This document shows positions 1 through 8,163 of a DNA stretch of 32,000 nucleotides, piece after piece (position 1 is the stretch's first letter; each line of letters begins with the position of its first letter). Under the pieces are notes generated by a model. That model saw nothing but the letters and a program-made list of their open reading frames with translations. It searched no databases and was not told the DNA's origin. The position numbers and the translations under genes are program-made. Origin of the DNA: Akkermansia muciniphila ATCC BAA-835 (GTDB lineage: Bacteria; Verrucomicrobiota; Verrucomicrobiia; Verrucomicrobiales; Akkermansiaceae); NCBI RefSeq assembly GCF_000020225.1, contig NC_010655.1:2190001-2222000 (forward strand), read 5' to 3'.

Positions 1-2
1 CG

Positions 3-482
3 GTGAGCGCCGTCCAGAGCGAATACGCTATCTGGTGGAGGGAACCGGAGACGAAGATTTTTCCCACGTTGGAAGAGTTGGGCATCGGTTTTGTTCCGTA
101 TTGTCCGCTGGGGCGCGCCTTTCTGGCAGGAGCCGTCCGGGAGGACAGCCGTTTTCAAAAGCGGGACCGCCGCGCCACTTTGCCCCGGTTTACTCCGGAA
201 GCCCTCAGATTCAACATGCCGCTGACTGTTCTTGTCCGGGAATGGGCGGAACGCAGGGGCATGACTCCGGCCCAGTTCGCCCTGTCCTGGATGCTTTCCC
301 GGAAACCGTGGATTGCGCCTGTTCCCGGAACAACCAATCCAGCCCATCTGGATGATTTTCTGGGAGGGGCTTCCGTCCGCCTGTCCGAATCGGAACTCAA
401 GGAATTCGACCTTGCCTGTTCCAGAATTCCCCTGATGGGGCACCGGGCGGATCCGTTTACGGAGAGCCAGATTGACAAGTAG
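3..482 (+). CDS. Aldo/keto reductase, C-terminal part (5' end cut by the window edge)
   Basis: The ORF is open from the window start. It carries AKR C-terminal motifs: GIGFVPYCPLGRAFLAG, LSWMLSRKPWIAPVPGTTNPAHLDDFL. Confidence 0.8.
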   Translation: MSAVQSEYAIWWREPETKIFPTLEELGIGFVPYCPLGRAFLAGAVREDSRFQKRDRRATLPRFTPEALRFNMPLTVLVREWAERRGMTPAQFALSWMLSRKPWIAPVPGTTNPAHLDDFLGGASVRLSESELKEFDLACSRIPLMGHRADPFTESQIDK

Positions 483-572
483 TTTTGCCGGCGCGTTTCC
501 TTCCGCTCCGGAAAAATGCCGCGGGACTGTTTGCGGCGGAAGGATGTTAAGCTATTTTTAAGAAAGAGACAT

Positions 573-1709
573 ATGATTCTGATTTTCGGAGCATTGCTGG
601 CGGTTTACGTTTTTTGCCGCGCTATTTTGCCGCTGAAGCTGAAATGGGGCTGGAAGCTTCTGCTTGCCGCCCTGCTGGCGGTGGCGGCATTCAAATTCCA
701 CTTGCTGCATTTGTTTGGAGGCCCCATGTTTTTCTCCCCGGTTTTGCCGGAAAACGTTCTGCTGGCGGCCGCGTGGCTGTTCTCCGTTCTTTTCCTGTTC
801 TTTTTCCTGCTGCTGGCGGCAGATGTGGTGCGGGCTCTGTATCTGCTGGTTTTGTTCTGCTTGCGGAGGAACAGGACGGAAAGGTTCCGCATCATTGGCA
901 ACCGGGTGAATGTTGCTTTGCTGGTTTTTTCCGCCGTGCTGGCAACTGTGGGCATGATTGGAGGCACCAGAGTGCCCCAGGTGAAGGAGGAAACGGTTGC
1001 CGTGAACCGCCTGCCGGAGGAGGCGGACGGATTGACGGTCGCCGTGCTGGCGGATCTGCATGTGGACGGCATTACAAGGGAGGAGCGCATTCGGAAGATT
1101 GTGGAGCGCACGAACGCCCTGAATCCGGACATCGTCGTGATTGCCGGAGATTTCGTGGACGGGACGGTGCCCGTGCATGGCGGCGATTTGAGGCCGCTTG
1201 CGGATTTGAAGGCCAGATACGGGGTGTTCGGCGTGCCGGGCAATCATGAGTATTACTCCGGTTATGAGGAGTGGATGGAGTTCCTGCCCAATCTGGGCAT
1301 TCGTATGCTTCTTAATGAACACGCGCCGGTGGGAGGGGAGGCCGTGGTATTGGCCGGTGTGACGGATCCTGTGGCCGGCATCATGGGGAAGGAGGAGCCG
1401 GATATAAGCAAGGCGTTGAAGGATGCCCCGGAAAAGGGAGTGCGCATCCTTGTTTCCCACCAGCCGCAGCTGGCCCGGGAAGCGGCTGCGCACGGCGTGG
1501 ATCTTCAAGTGTCCGGCCATACGCACGGAGGCATGATTGCCGGCGTGGACCGGCTGGTGGCGCGTTTTAACGAGGGATTCGTCTCCGGGCTGTACACGGT
1601 GGGTAATATGAAGCTGTACGTTTCCAATGGGGCGGGGATTTGGAACGGCTTTCCCATCCGCATCGGCGTTCCATCGGAAATTGTTCTGATTCGGCTTCGG
1701 AAAGAATAA
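573..1709 (+). CDS. Membrane-anchored metallophosphoesterase (calcineurin-like)
   Basis: Several N-terminal hydrophobic helices are followed by the canonical motifs LADLHVD, GDFVDG, GNHE, SHQP and SGHTHGG. The ATG at 573 follows a purine-rich stretch; an alternative upstream ATG lies at 516. Confidence 0.85.
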   Translation: MILIFGALLAVYVFCRAILPLKLKWGWKLLLAALLAVAAFKFHLLHLFGGPMFFSPVLPENVLLAAAWLFSVLFLFFFLLLAADVVRALYLLVLFCLRRNRTERFRIIGNRVNVALLVFSAVLATVGMIGGTRVPQVKEETVAVNRLPEEADGLTVAVLADLHVDGITREERIRKIVERTNALNPDIVVIAGDFVDGTVPVHGGDLRPLADLKARYGVFGVPGNHEYYSGYEEWMEFLPNLGIRMLLNEHAPVGGEAVVLAGVTDPVAGIMGKEEPDISKALKDAPEKGVRILVSHQPQLAREAAAHGVDLQVSGHTHGGMIAGVDRLVARFNEGFVSGLYTVGNMKLYVSNGAGIWNGFPIRIGVPSEIVLIRLRKE

Positions 1710-1776
1710 CATCATATATTGATAAAGCAATTTAGGAAGTGATGCGGGCAGGATTGCCGGAATTGTTGAAAAAATA

Positions 1777-1806
1777 TTGACTTATAGTTACTCTAATGTT
1801 TAGACA
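1777..1806 (+). promoter_or_regulatory. Candidate promoter/operator upstream of the flavodoxin operon (TTGACT followed by the near-palindrome TATAGTTACTCTA)
   Basis: TTGACT lies at 1777-1782. The imperfect palindrome TAnAGTnACTnTA lies at 1783-1795, about 100 nt upstream of the ATG at 1899. A related motif occurs at 7424-7436 next to merR. Confidence 0.25.
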
Positions 1807-1898
1807 GAAATAAGGAACAAGGTCAGGCAAGGGAAATGCCGGATGAAACCGTTTTTTCCGGACGCCTTTTGCCTCTCCTTTTAACCGGATAAAAATAC

Positions 1899-2477
1899 AT
1901 GAAAACAATATCAATGATATGCACGCTGGCCGCGGCCCTGATGACAGGAGCCGGATGTTTGGGACAGGAACAACCCAAGGTTTCCGCGGAACCTTCCAGG
2001 GTCCTCATTGCCTATTATTCATGGGGAGGCAATACGAAGTACGCCGCTGCGCAAATTCAGAGGGCGACGGGAGGAACGCTGTTTGAAATCAAGCCGGTCA
2101 AGCCCTATCCCTCCGAATACCGGGAATGCACCGTGCAGGCCAGGAAGGAGATTCAGGAAGGGGTTCGGCCGGAACTGGCCGCCAAAGTGGAGGATATGGG
2201 CAAGTATGATGTGATTTTCATCGGCAGCCCCAACTGGTGGAGTACCATTGCGCCTCCGGTCGCGTCTTTCCTGGCAAGTTACGACCTTTCCGGCAAGACG
2301 GTGATTCCATTTGTGACGCATGGGGGCGGCGGCATGGCGCGCTGTGCGGACGAGGTTCGGAAGCTGTGTCCCAAGTCCACCGTTCTCAAGGGAGGCGCTT
2401 TTGCCGGGGAAGGAATCCGGACGACGAGGGCCGCGCTTGTCAAGTGGGTCAATGAGACGATTTCCATCAATAAATAA
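1899..2477 (+). CDS. Flavodoxin-like protein with N-terminal signal/lipoprotein-like peptide
   Basis: Signal-like N-terminus MKTISMICTLAAALMTGAGC. Flavodoxin-type motifs VLIAYYSWGGNTKYAA and YDVIFIGSPNWWSTIAPPV. Confidence 0.8.
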   Translation: MKTISMICTLAAALMTGAGCLGQEQPKVSAEPSRVLIAYYSWGGNTKYAAAQIQRATGGTLFEIKPVKPYPSEYRECTVQARKEIQEGVRPELAAKVEDMGKYDVIFIGSPNWWSTIAPPVASFLASYDLSGKTVIPFVTHGGGGMARCADEVRKLCPKSTVLKGGAFAGEGIRTTRAALVKWVNETISINK

Positions 2478-2484
2478 TGATCTT

Positions 2485-2946
2485 ATGAAACGAACCATCG
2501 CGGGAATGGCTTTTTCCCTTGCCTGTCTGATGAACCTTTCAGAAGCCCAAACCATAAATCACGATAAAGTGGAAATGGAGAATGGCAAAAATACGGGCAT
2601 GTGCGTCAAGTTACCGATGCAGCCTGATGGTATCGTCCGTCTCTCAAAAATAGAAGTGCATGCTGAATATTTGGAGGAATATGTGAAGTACGCCATCGAA
2701 GTGGGGGAAATCTCCCTGCGCACGGAACCGGGCGTGTTGACCATGTACGCTGTTGCTGAAAAGGACAATGCTTGCAGAATTACGATTCTTGAAACTTACG
2801 CCAGCCAAAAGGCATATAAGTCGCACATCGCATCGGCTCATTTTCAGAAATACAAGCAGGAAACGTTGCACATGGTTAAGGCATTGGTTTTATCCGACCA
2901 GACGCCACTGAATCCTTCAAACAGTATTACTAATATTATTAAATAA
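2485..2946 (+). CDS. Antibiotic-biosynthesis-monooxygenase (ABM)/quinol monooxygenase-like protein with signal peptide
   Basis: The ATG at 2485 lies 7 nt after the flavodoxin stop. Signal-like MKRTIAGMAFSLACLMNLSEAQ. The ABM-like ferredoxin fold pattern IEVHAEYLEEYVKYA...LTMYAV...ILETYASQKAYKSHIASAHFQKY is present. The upstream part of ORF 2320..2946 overlaps the flavodoxin gene and was discarded. Confidence 0.7.
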   Translation: MKRTIAGMAFSLACLMNLSEAQTINHDKVEMENGKNTGMCVKLPMQPDGIVRLSKIEVHAEYLEEYVKYAIEVGEISLRTEPGVLTMYAVAEKDNACRITILETYASQKAYKSHIASAHFQKYKQETLHMVKALVLSDQTPLNPSNSITNIIK

Positions 2947-2953
2947 TACAATA

Positions 2954-3772
2954 ATGAATAAGATTATTTTATTTCTTTCAATTAGTTTTTTCATAACAAA
3001 TGCTATGGCGCAGGAAAAGATAGTACAGACGGCGGGACGCACTCAGTTAGGAGAGTTTGCTCCCAAATTTGCGGAACTTAACGATGATGTCCTTTTCGGT
3101 GAAGTATGGAGCCGGACTGACAAGCTCGGTCTGCGTGATCGCAGTTTGGTAACCATCACCTCCCTCATTAGTCAGGGCATTACCGACAATTCGCTCGTTT
3201 TCCATCTTCAGTCGGCAAAGAAGAATGGAGTTACCCGTACCGAGATTGCAGAAATCATCACCCACATCGGTTTTTATGCCGGTTGGCCGAAAGCATGGGC
3301 GGCATTTAATCTGGCCAAAGACGTATGGGCGGAAGATGCGGCTGGCGAAGATGCCAAAGCCGCTTTCCAACGCGAGATGATTTTCCCTTTAGGCGAGCCG
3401 AATACGGCATATGCCAAGTATTTCACAGGCAACAGTTATCTTGCACCCGTTTCACGCGAACAGGTGAATATCTCCAATGTAACTTTTGAACCCCGTTGCC
3501 GCAATAACTGGCATATTCACAAAGCGACGAAAGGCGGCGGGCAGATGCTTATCGGTGTGGCCGGACGCGGCTGGTATCAGGAAGAAGGAAAGCCTGCTGT
3601 GGAAATTCTTCCTGGCACAATCATCCATATTCCCGCCAACGTGAAGCACTGGCACGGGGCTGCCTCCGACAGCTGGTTCTCCCACTTGGCTATTGAGGTT
3701 CCCGGTGAGAATGCATCCAGTGAATGGCTTGAGCCGGTAACGGATGAAGAGTATGCCAAGGCCGTGAAATAA
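2954..3772 (+). CDS. Carboxymuconolactone decarboxylase-family domain fused to a cupin domain, secreted
   Basis: Signal peptide MNKIILFLSISFFITNAMAQ. CMD-like RDRSLVTITSLISQG...GVTRTEIAEIITHIGFYAGWPKAW. C-terminal cupin motifs NNWHIHKATKGGGQ...IHIPANVKHWHGA. Confidence 0.75.
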   Translation: MNKIILFLSISFFITNAMAQEKIVQTAGRTQLGEFAPKFAELNDDVLFGEVWSRTDKLGLRDRSLVTITSLISQGITDNSLVFHLQSAKKNGVTRTEIAEIITHIGFYAGWPKAWAAFNLAKDVWAEDAAGEDAKAAFQREMIFPLGEPNTAYAKYFTGNSYLAPVSREQVNISNVTFEPRCRNNWHIHKATKGGGQMLIGVAGRGWYQEEGKPAVEILPGTIIHIPANVKHWHGAASDSWFSHLAIEVPGENASSEWLEPVTDEEYAKAVK

Positions 3773-4074
3773 TGTGGATACTTCCATGTGAAACAATTAT
3801 AGTGCAATCTGTTGTGTTGGTAATGTAACTGTTTGATACAAATGTAATTAAGAATTTGTTAGATCTGTCGCTTTCTCCGTAATATGGCATACAGTCATTT
3901 TTTGAAAATGCGCGGTATCTTTGCCACATATTGAAAACAAGTTAATATTAAAAGAAAGAAATATGAAATATGTTGAACCTGTATGAGCCTTTTATTTCAC
4001 ATCGGCAGTCATTGTGGGGACAATAATAGAAAACAGTCTTATGCGGTTTAAAAAATATAATAAAAGAATACGAA

Positions 4075-5019
4075 ATGAAAAATCAGTCTAAAATTGCATT
4101 AGGGACATGGTCATGGGGCGCAGGATTTGCCGGAGGCGACCAGGTATTCGGCAATAATCTCGGAGTAGACGAGCTGAGACCCGTATTCGACGAGGCGATG
4201 GCAAACGGGGTGAATTTGTGGGATTCTGCCGTGGTGTATGGTATGGGTACTTCAGAAACGTTGCTCTCGACATTTACAAAGAATAGAAAGCGGGAGGATA
4301 TATTTATCTCGACCAAGTTCACTCCGCAGATTGCAGGCGAGTCGGAAGATCCGGTAGCCGATATGCTGGCAGGGAGCCTCGAACGTTTCGCCACCGGTTA
4401 CGTCGATATTTATTGGATACATAATCCGGCCGACGTGGAAAGATGGACGCCTTATCTTATTCCACTGGTAAAAAGCGGTAAGGTAAAAAGAGTCGGTGTT
4501 TCCAACCATAACCTCGCGCAGATCAAACGTGTGGAGGAAATTCTCTCGCAAGAAGGGATACATCTCTCTGCCGTTCAGAACCATTACAGCCTGCTCTACC
4601 TCTCGTCAGAAAAGGCAGGCATTCTGGATTACTGCAGGGAGAACGGCATCGACTTTTGGGCTTACATGGTGCTGGAACAGGGGGCGTTGAGCGGAAAATA
4701 CGATACCGCGCACCCGTTGCCAGCCGATAGCCAGCGTGGGAAAACCTACAATCCGCTGCTGCCGCAAATAGAAAAACTCGTTGCCGTGATGCGCACCGTG
4801 GGCGATAAGTACGATATTACGCCGGCGCAGGTGGCTCTGGCATGGGCGATAACGAAGGGCACGACGCCGATTATTGGTGTGACGAAACCCTCACAAGTGC
4901 AGGATGCTGTCCGTGCCATGCAGGTCGTGCTGACTGTTGACGAAGTGAAGATGTTGGAGGATGCGGCCGAAAGCACGGGGGTAGATACGAGAGGTTCATG
5001 GGAAAATCCGATGATATGA
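4075..5019 (+). CDS. Aldo/keto reductase
   Basis: Motifs GTWSWG, WDSAVVYG, STKF, YWIHNP, VGVSNH, QNHYSLL and PIIGVTKPSQV. It is preceded by a 300-nt A+T-rich gap. Confidence 0.9.
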   Translation: MKNQSKIALGTWSWGAGFAGGDQVFGNNLGVDELRPVFDEAMANGVNLWDSAVVYGMGTSETLLSTFTKNRKREDIFISTKFTPQIAGESEDPVADMLAGSLERFATGYVDIYWIHNPADVERWTPYLIPLVKSGKVKRVGVSNHNLAQIKRVEEILSQEGIHLSAVQNHYSLLYLSSEKAGILDYCRENGIDFWAYMVLEQGALSGKYDTAHPLPADSQRGKTYNPLLPQIEKLVAVMRTVGDKYDITPAQVALAWAITKGTTPIIGVTKPSQVQDAVRAMQVVLTVDEVKMLEDAAESTGVDTRGSWENPMI

Positions 5020-6032
5020 TGAGGCTGGTTATAATCATCGGAGTTGTCCTGTCTGTATGGTTTGCGGATTGGGCGGCGGCACAGCAGATTGTGGATGTGC
5101 ATTGCCATAACATTATGTCTGGCTATATGGAAGTGTTGAAAAAACATGATGCCGCTTTGGAAGAGACTTTTCCGTTGCCGGAATGGAATGTGGATGCCCA
5201 TCTTGCCTTTATGGAAAAAGCCGGAATCGGTTGTTCTGTATTGTCGATGCCCGCACCGCAACCCTACTTCGGTGATACTGGGGAGTGCCGTCGCATAATC
5301 CGGGAATATAACGAGTATTGCGCCGCTCTGAAAAAGAAATATCCGGGCAAGTTCAAATTTTGCGCTGCACTGCCATTGCCTGACGTGAACGCTGCCATAG
5401 ATGAGGCTGTTTATGCTCTCGATACGCTCGGTGCAGACGGCATCAAGCTGGCCACGAACAGTCGGGGACAGTATATCGGGGATGAAGCCCTCGACCCGTT
5501 GATGGAGGTATTGCACAAGCGGAATGCCGTCGTCATCATTCATCCGCACAAGCCTAATCCGGTTAATGATACCATTATTTCTACCGCCCCGCTTGCAGTC
5601 TATGAATATCCGGCCGAAACGACACGTGCCGTCGTCAATATGATTTCCCGCAACGTGTTGGTGCGCTATCCGAATCTCAAGGTGGTCGTTCCCCATTGCG
5701 GCTCGTTCCTGCCTATGGCGATTCCACGCATGAAGGCTATACACCCGGCTATGCAGGCAAAGGGATTTATGGGTTCAATTGACTGGGATGGCAATCTATC
5801 CCATTTGTACTATGATCTTGCCGGGGGAGCGAGTCCTGAAATCGTGAAGATGATGCTGACGGTCGCTCCGCCAGAGCATATACTTTATGGTTCGGATTAT
5901 CCTTATATGTCTGACGGTGTGTTGTTTGGAAATCTGCAACGGATGCGTGAACAGTTTGCTGCGGATAAGGAACTGTCACCCTATTTGGAACAGTTTTTTT
6001 CGGAAAATGCCCGTAATTTATTTAACAAATAA
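5016..6032 (+). CDS. Amidohydrolase-2 family metal-dependent hydrolase with signal peptide
   Basis: The ATG at 5016 overlaps the AKR stop (ATGA), suggesting translational coupling. Signal-like MMRLVIIIGVVLSVWFADWAAAQ. Motifs VDVHCH, IIHPH, VVPHCG and LYGSDYPY. Confidence 0.8.
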   Translation: MMRLVIIIGVVLSVWFADWAAAQQIVDVHCHNIMSGYMEVLKKHDAALEETFPLPEWNVDAHLAFMEKAGIGCSVLSMPAPQPYFGDTGECRRIIREYNEYCAALKKKYPGKFKFCAALPLPDVNAAIDEAVYALDTLGADGIKLATNSRGQYIGDEALDPLMEVLHKRNAVVIIHPHKPNPVNDTIISTAPLAVYEYPAETTRAVVNMISRNVLVRYPNLKVVVPHCGSFLPMAIPRMKAIHPAMQAKGFMGSIDWDGNLSHLYYDLAGGASPEIVKMMLTVAPPEHILYGSDYPYMSDGVLFGNLQRMREQFAADKELSPYLEQFFSENARNLFNK

Positions 6033-6064
6033 TATTTGAAAACGGAGAGCATACTTTTCGGTAG

Positions 6065-6145
6065 GATAAGATAACCTGTGAAGAGATTGCTACAGCCGTT
6101 ACTTTTTTGATAAGCGACGAAGCCATATTTGTAACCGGAGCTGAC
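6065..6145 (+). pseudogene. Remnant of the C-terminus of a short-chain dehydrogenase/reductase (SDR)
   Basis: The in-frame translation after the TAG at 6062 reads DKITCEEIATAVTFLISDEAIFVTGADC. This matches the conserved SDR C-terminal pattern (PEEIA.AV.FLASDEASF.TG). There is no N-terminal Rossmann part and no plausible start codon. Confidence 0.5.
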
Positions 6146-6202
6146 TGTGAAAACGAACGGCATTATAGGAGCAGAGAACAAATAACAGTAAAAAGAAAGA
6201 AT

Positions 6203-6760
6203 ATGAAAAATATATTGATTATCAGCGGCCATACAAACCTTGCCGCATCTGTAGCCAATAAGACAATCCTTGAAACCTTGAACGAGCGGCTGCCGGAAGC
6301 TGAACTCGTAAAGCTTGACGAACTTTATCCCGATTTCAAGATCGACGTGGAAGCCGAACAACAGAAATTGCTGTGGGCAGACATCATTGTATTGCAATTC
6401 CCTCTCTTTTGGTACTCCGCACCCTCCATATTGGAACGCTGGATGGAAGAAACTTTTCGTCACGGCTTTTCACACGGCAGTACCGGAGACAAGCTCAAGG
6501 GCAAGAAACTCATTCTCTCTTTCACAACGGGAGCGCCCGAAACGCTGTATAGCCGTGAAGGGGCCATGGGCTACGCGATTGATGAATTTCTGCCATGCTA
6601 CAAGGCTGTCTGCCGACTGACTCAAATGGAATACTGCGGCAGTGTTTATACCTGCGGCATAAGTTACGGCAATCGTACGACACCGGAACTTATCGAGCAG
6701 CAAAAGGGAGCATCGGTGGAACACGCTGAACGTCTTATCCGGTTACTTGAAGCGCTCTGA
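6203..6760 (+). CDS. NAD(P)H dehydrogenase (quinone)/flavodoxin-like-fold oxidoreductase (KefF/YwrO-like)
   Basis: The ATG at 6203 begins MKNILIISGHTN. Motifs LLWADIIVLQFPLFWYSAPSILERWMEETF and KKLILSFTTGAP. Confidence 0.8.
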   Translation: MKNILIISGHTNLAASVANKTILETLNERLPEAELVKLDELYPDFKIDVEAEQQKLLWADIIVLQFPLFWYSAPSILERWMEETFRHGFSHGSTGDKLKGKKLILSFTTGAPETLYSREGAMGYAIDEFLPCYKAVCRLTQMEYCGSVYTCGISYGNRTTPELIEQQKGASVEHAERLIRLLEAL

Positions 6761-6863
6761 TGTTTGAATAATTTCGACGCTATGGCCTTCAATTGCCCTC
6801 TATCCGATGACTGCATGAATTTCATGTATGCGGAGGCGGCAGGAAGCAAATAAGAACGCAGAG

Positions 6864-6895
6864 CGGCCGGGATTCCTCATTGGAAATCCCGGCCG
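6864..6895. terminator. Hairpin between convergent genes (possible bidirectional terminator)
   Basis: Perfect 11-bp stem CGGCCGGGATT / AATCCCGGCCG with a 10-nt loop. It lies between the + gene ending at 6760 and the - gene ending at 6923. There is no clean T-run. Confidence 0.45.
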
Positions 6896-6922
6896 ACGTC
6901 TGTTGAGGATTTAAGGGAGGGT

Positions 6923-7408
6923 TTATTCCTCAGGCGCGATGTTCGGCTCGCTGGCGCTGATGTAGTTCAGCGGATTGCAGCTGTCCGGCCTGCGGTTGTC
7001 TAAAAGATCCTGATAAAATTTTTTCTTGTATTTCAACACTTCCATTTGTTTTTTCAGGATTCGGAGCTGTTCCCGGAGACTTTTCTCTTGCTTGAAGATC
7101 AGTTCGGCGCGCTCCGGAATGGTGGAATCCCCTTCCTGGCACAGGTCGATGTAGTGCTTGACGCCTTCAATCGGGAGGCCCGTCATCCGGAGGCAGTGGA
7201 CCAGGCGGAGCCACCCCAGGGTGTAGTCGGAAAACATACGGGCATTCCCTCCGCTGCGGTCCACGTCCGGGATTAATCCGGCGTTTTCGTAATACCGGAT
7301 GGTGTAGGCTGACATTTCCATCATTTCCGCAACCTGCTTGACAGTGTATCTGGGGGTGCGGTCATAAGAAGGGCGGTAGGTGCCGGATGGATTTTTCTGT
7401 TTAATCAT
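6923..7408 (-). CDS. MerR-family transcriptional regulator
   Basis: N-terminal wHTH YTVKQVAEMMEMSAYTIRYYENAGLIPDVDRSGGNARMFSDYTLGWLRLVHCLRMTGLPI, followed by a coiled-coil dimerisation helix. Confidence 0.9.
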   Translation of the reverse strand: MIKQKNPSGTYRPSYDRTPRYTVKQVAEMMEMSAYTIRYYENAGLIPDVDRSGGNARMFSDYTLGWLRLVHCLRMTGLPIEGVKHYIDLCQEGDSTIPERAELIFKQEKSLREQLRILKKQMEVLKYKKKFYQDLLDNRRPDSCNPLNYISASEPNIAPEE

Positions 7409-7410
7409 CG

Positions 7411-7440
7411 TGTGACTGATAGCTTACAGTTACTCCAATA
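7411..7440. promoter_or_regulatory. Candidate MerR operator/divergent promoter
   Basis: GTGACT at 7411-7416, an 18-nt spacer, then CAATAT at 7435-7440. The spacer contains TACAGTTACTCCA (7424-7436), a near-palindrome around AGTnACT. The site lies immediately upstream of the merR start. Confidence 0.25.
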
Positions 7441-7641
7441 TACGAGGCGTTGCCGGATGACAAGTTTTTTACTGTGCTTCACGGGAATAACGTATTTAAA
7501 GGCCAAGGAAAACGGCGGTAACTCCATTCCGTGGAGGAAGGATCGGGCTGTGCGTCGGAATATCGGGGGAAGGGGGGCAAATGAGTTGACTGGCTTTTCC
7601 TCCCCGTTACAATGAAGCCCGCTCCGGGGACGGAGCCTGTA

Positions 7642-8094
7642 ATGATGATTATTGCCTCCCTTTCCGATTCCGCCCGTTACGAAATGTTGAATTCCCTGTT
7701 CAGGAGAGCTTTCGATTTTATCAGGGAGATTGCTCCGGCAACCCTGGAAACCGGCCGCCATGTCCTGGAGGAAGACGCCCTGACCGTGATGGTGAATGAA
7801 CCGGTGATGAAGAAGCGGGAGAACGCCCGCATGGAAGTGCATGACCGGTTTATTGACATTCACGTGCCCCTTTCCCGGGAAGAGGGATTCATGTGGAAAG
7901 AGCGCGCGGCGCTGGAAAAGCCTTCCGAACCGTTCAACAGGGAAAAGGACGCGCAGCATTATGATGATGCTCCGGACACCTCTTTTGTCGTGAAACCGGG
8001 GCAGTTCGCCATTTTTTTCCCGGAGGATGCGCATGCCGGCTGCATTGGGGAAGGAAAGATTCTGAAACTGGTGATTAAAGTCAGAACGGCCTGA
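7642..8094 (+). CDS. YhcH/YjgK/YiaL (DUF386) family protein
   Basis: GGAG lies 6 nt before the ATG at 7642. The pattern is similar to E. coli YhcH: HDRFIDIHV, VVKPGQFAIFFPEDAH, ILKLVIKV. Confidence 0.8.
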   Translation: MMIIASLSDSARYEMLNSLFRRAFDFIREIAPATLETGRHVLEEDALTVMVNEPVMKKRENARMEVHDRFIDIHVPLSREEGFMWKERAALEKPSEPFNREKDAQHYDDAPDTSFVVKPGQFAIFFPEDAHAGCIGEGKILKLVIKVRTA

Positions 8095-8098
8095 ACCT

Positions 8099-8123
8099 CA
8101 TTCCGGAAAAACAGTCCGGAATG
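8099..8123. terminator. Hairpin between convergent genes
   Basis: Perfect 9-bp stem CATTCCGGA / TCCGGAATG with a 7-nt loop. There is no T-run on either side. Confidence 0.35.
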
Positions 8124-8163
8124 GAGAACAGGCCGTTTCTTCAATTTGCGGGCGGGAGTTGCG

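Noticed and set aside
558-1730. Long antisense or alternative-frame ORFs opposite real genes. Examples: 558..1730(-), 4746..5744(-), 8659..9651(+), 9988..10698(+), 12093..13085(-), 13167..14072(-), 16419..17693(-), 17662..18513(-), 19486..20217(-), 22161..23006(-), 23896..25200(-), 26345..27085(+), 30370..31422(-).
   Set aside because: Their translations are low-complexity and rich in R/G/P/H/Q, with no motifs. Each is fully shadowed by an ORF carrying clear family motifs. Stop-poor shadow frames like these are typical of G+C-rich DNA.
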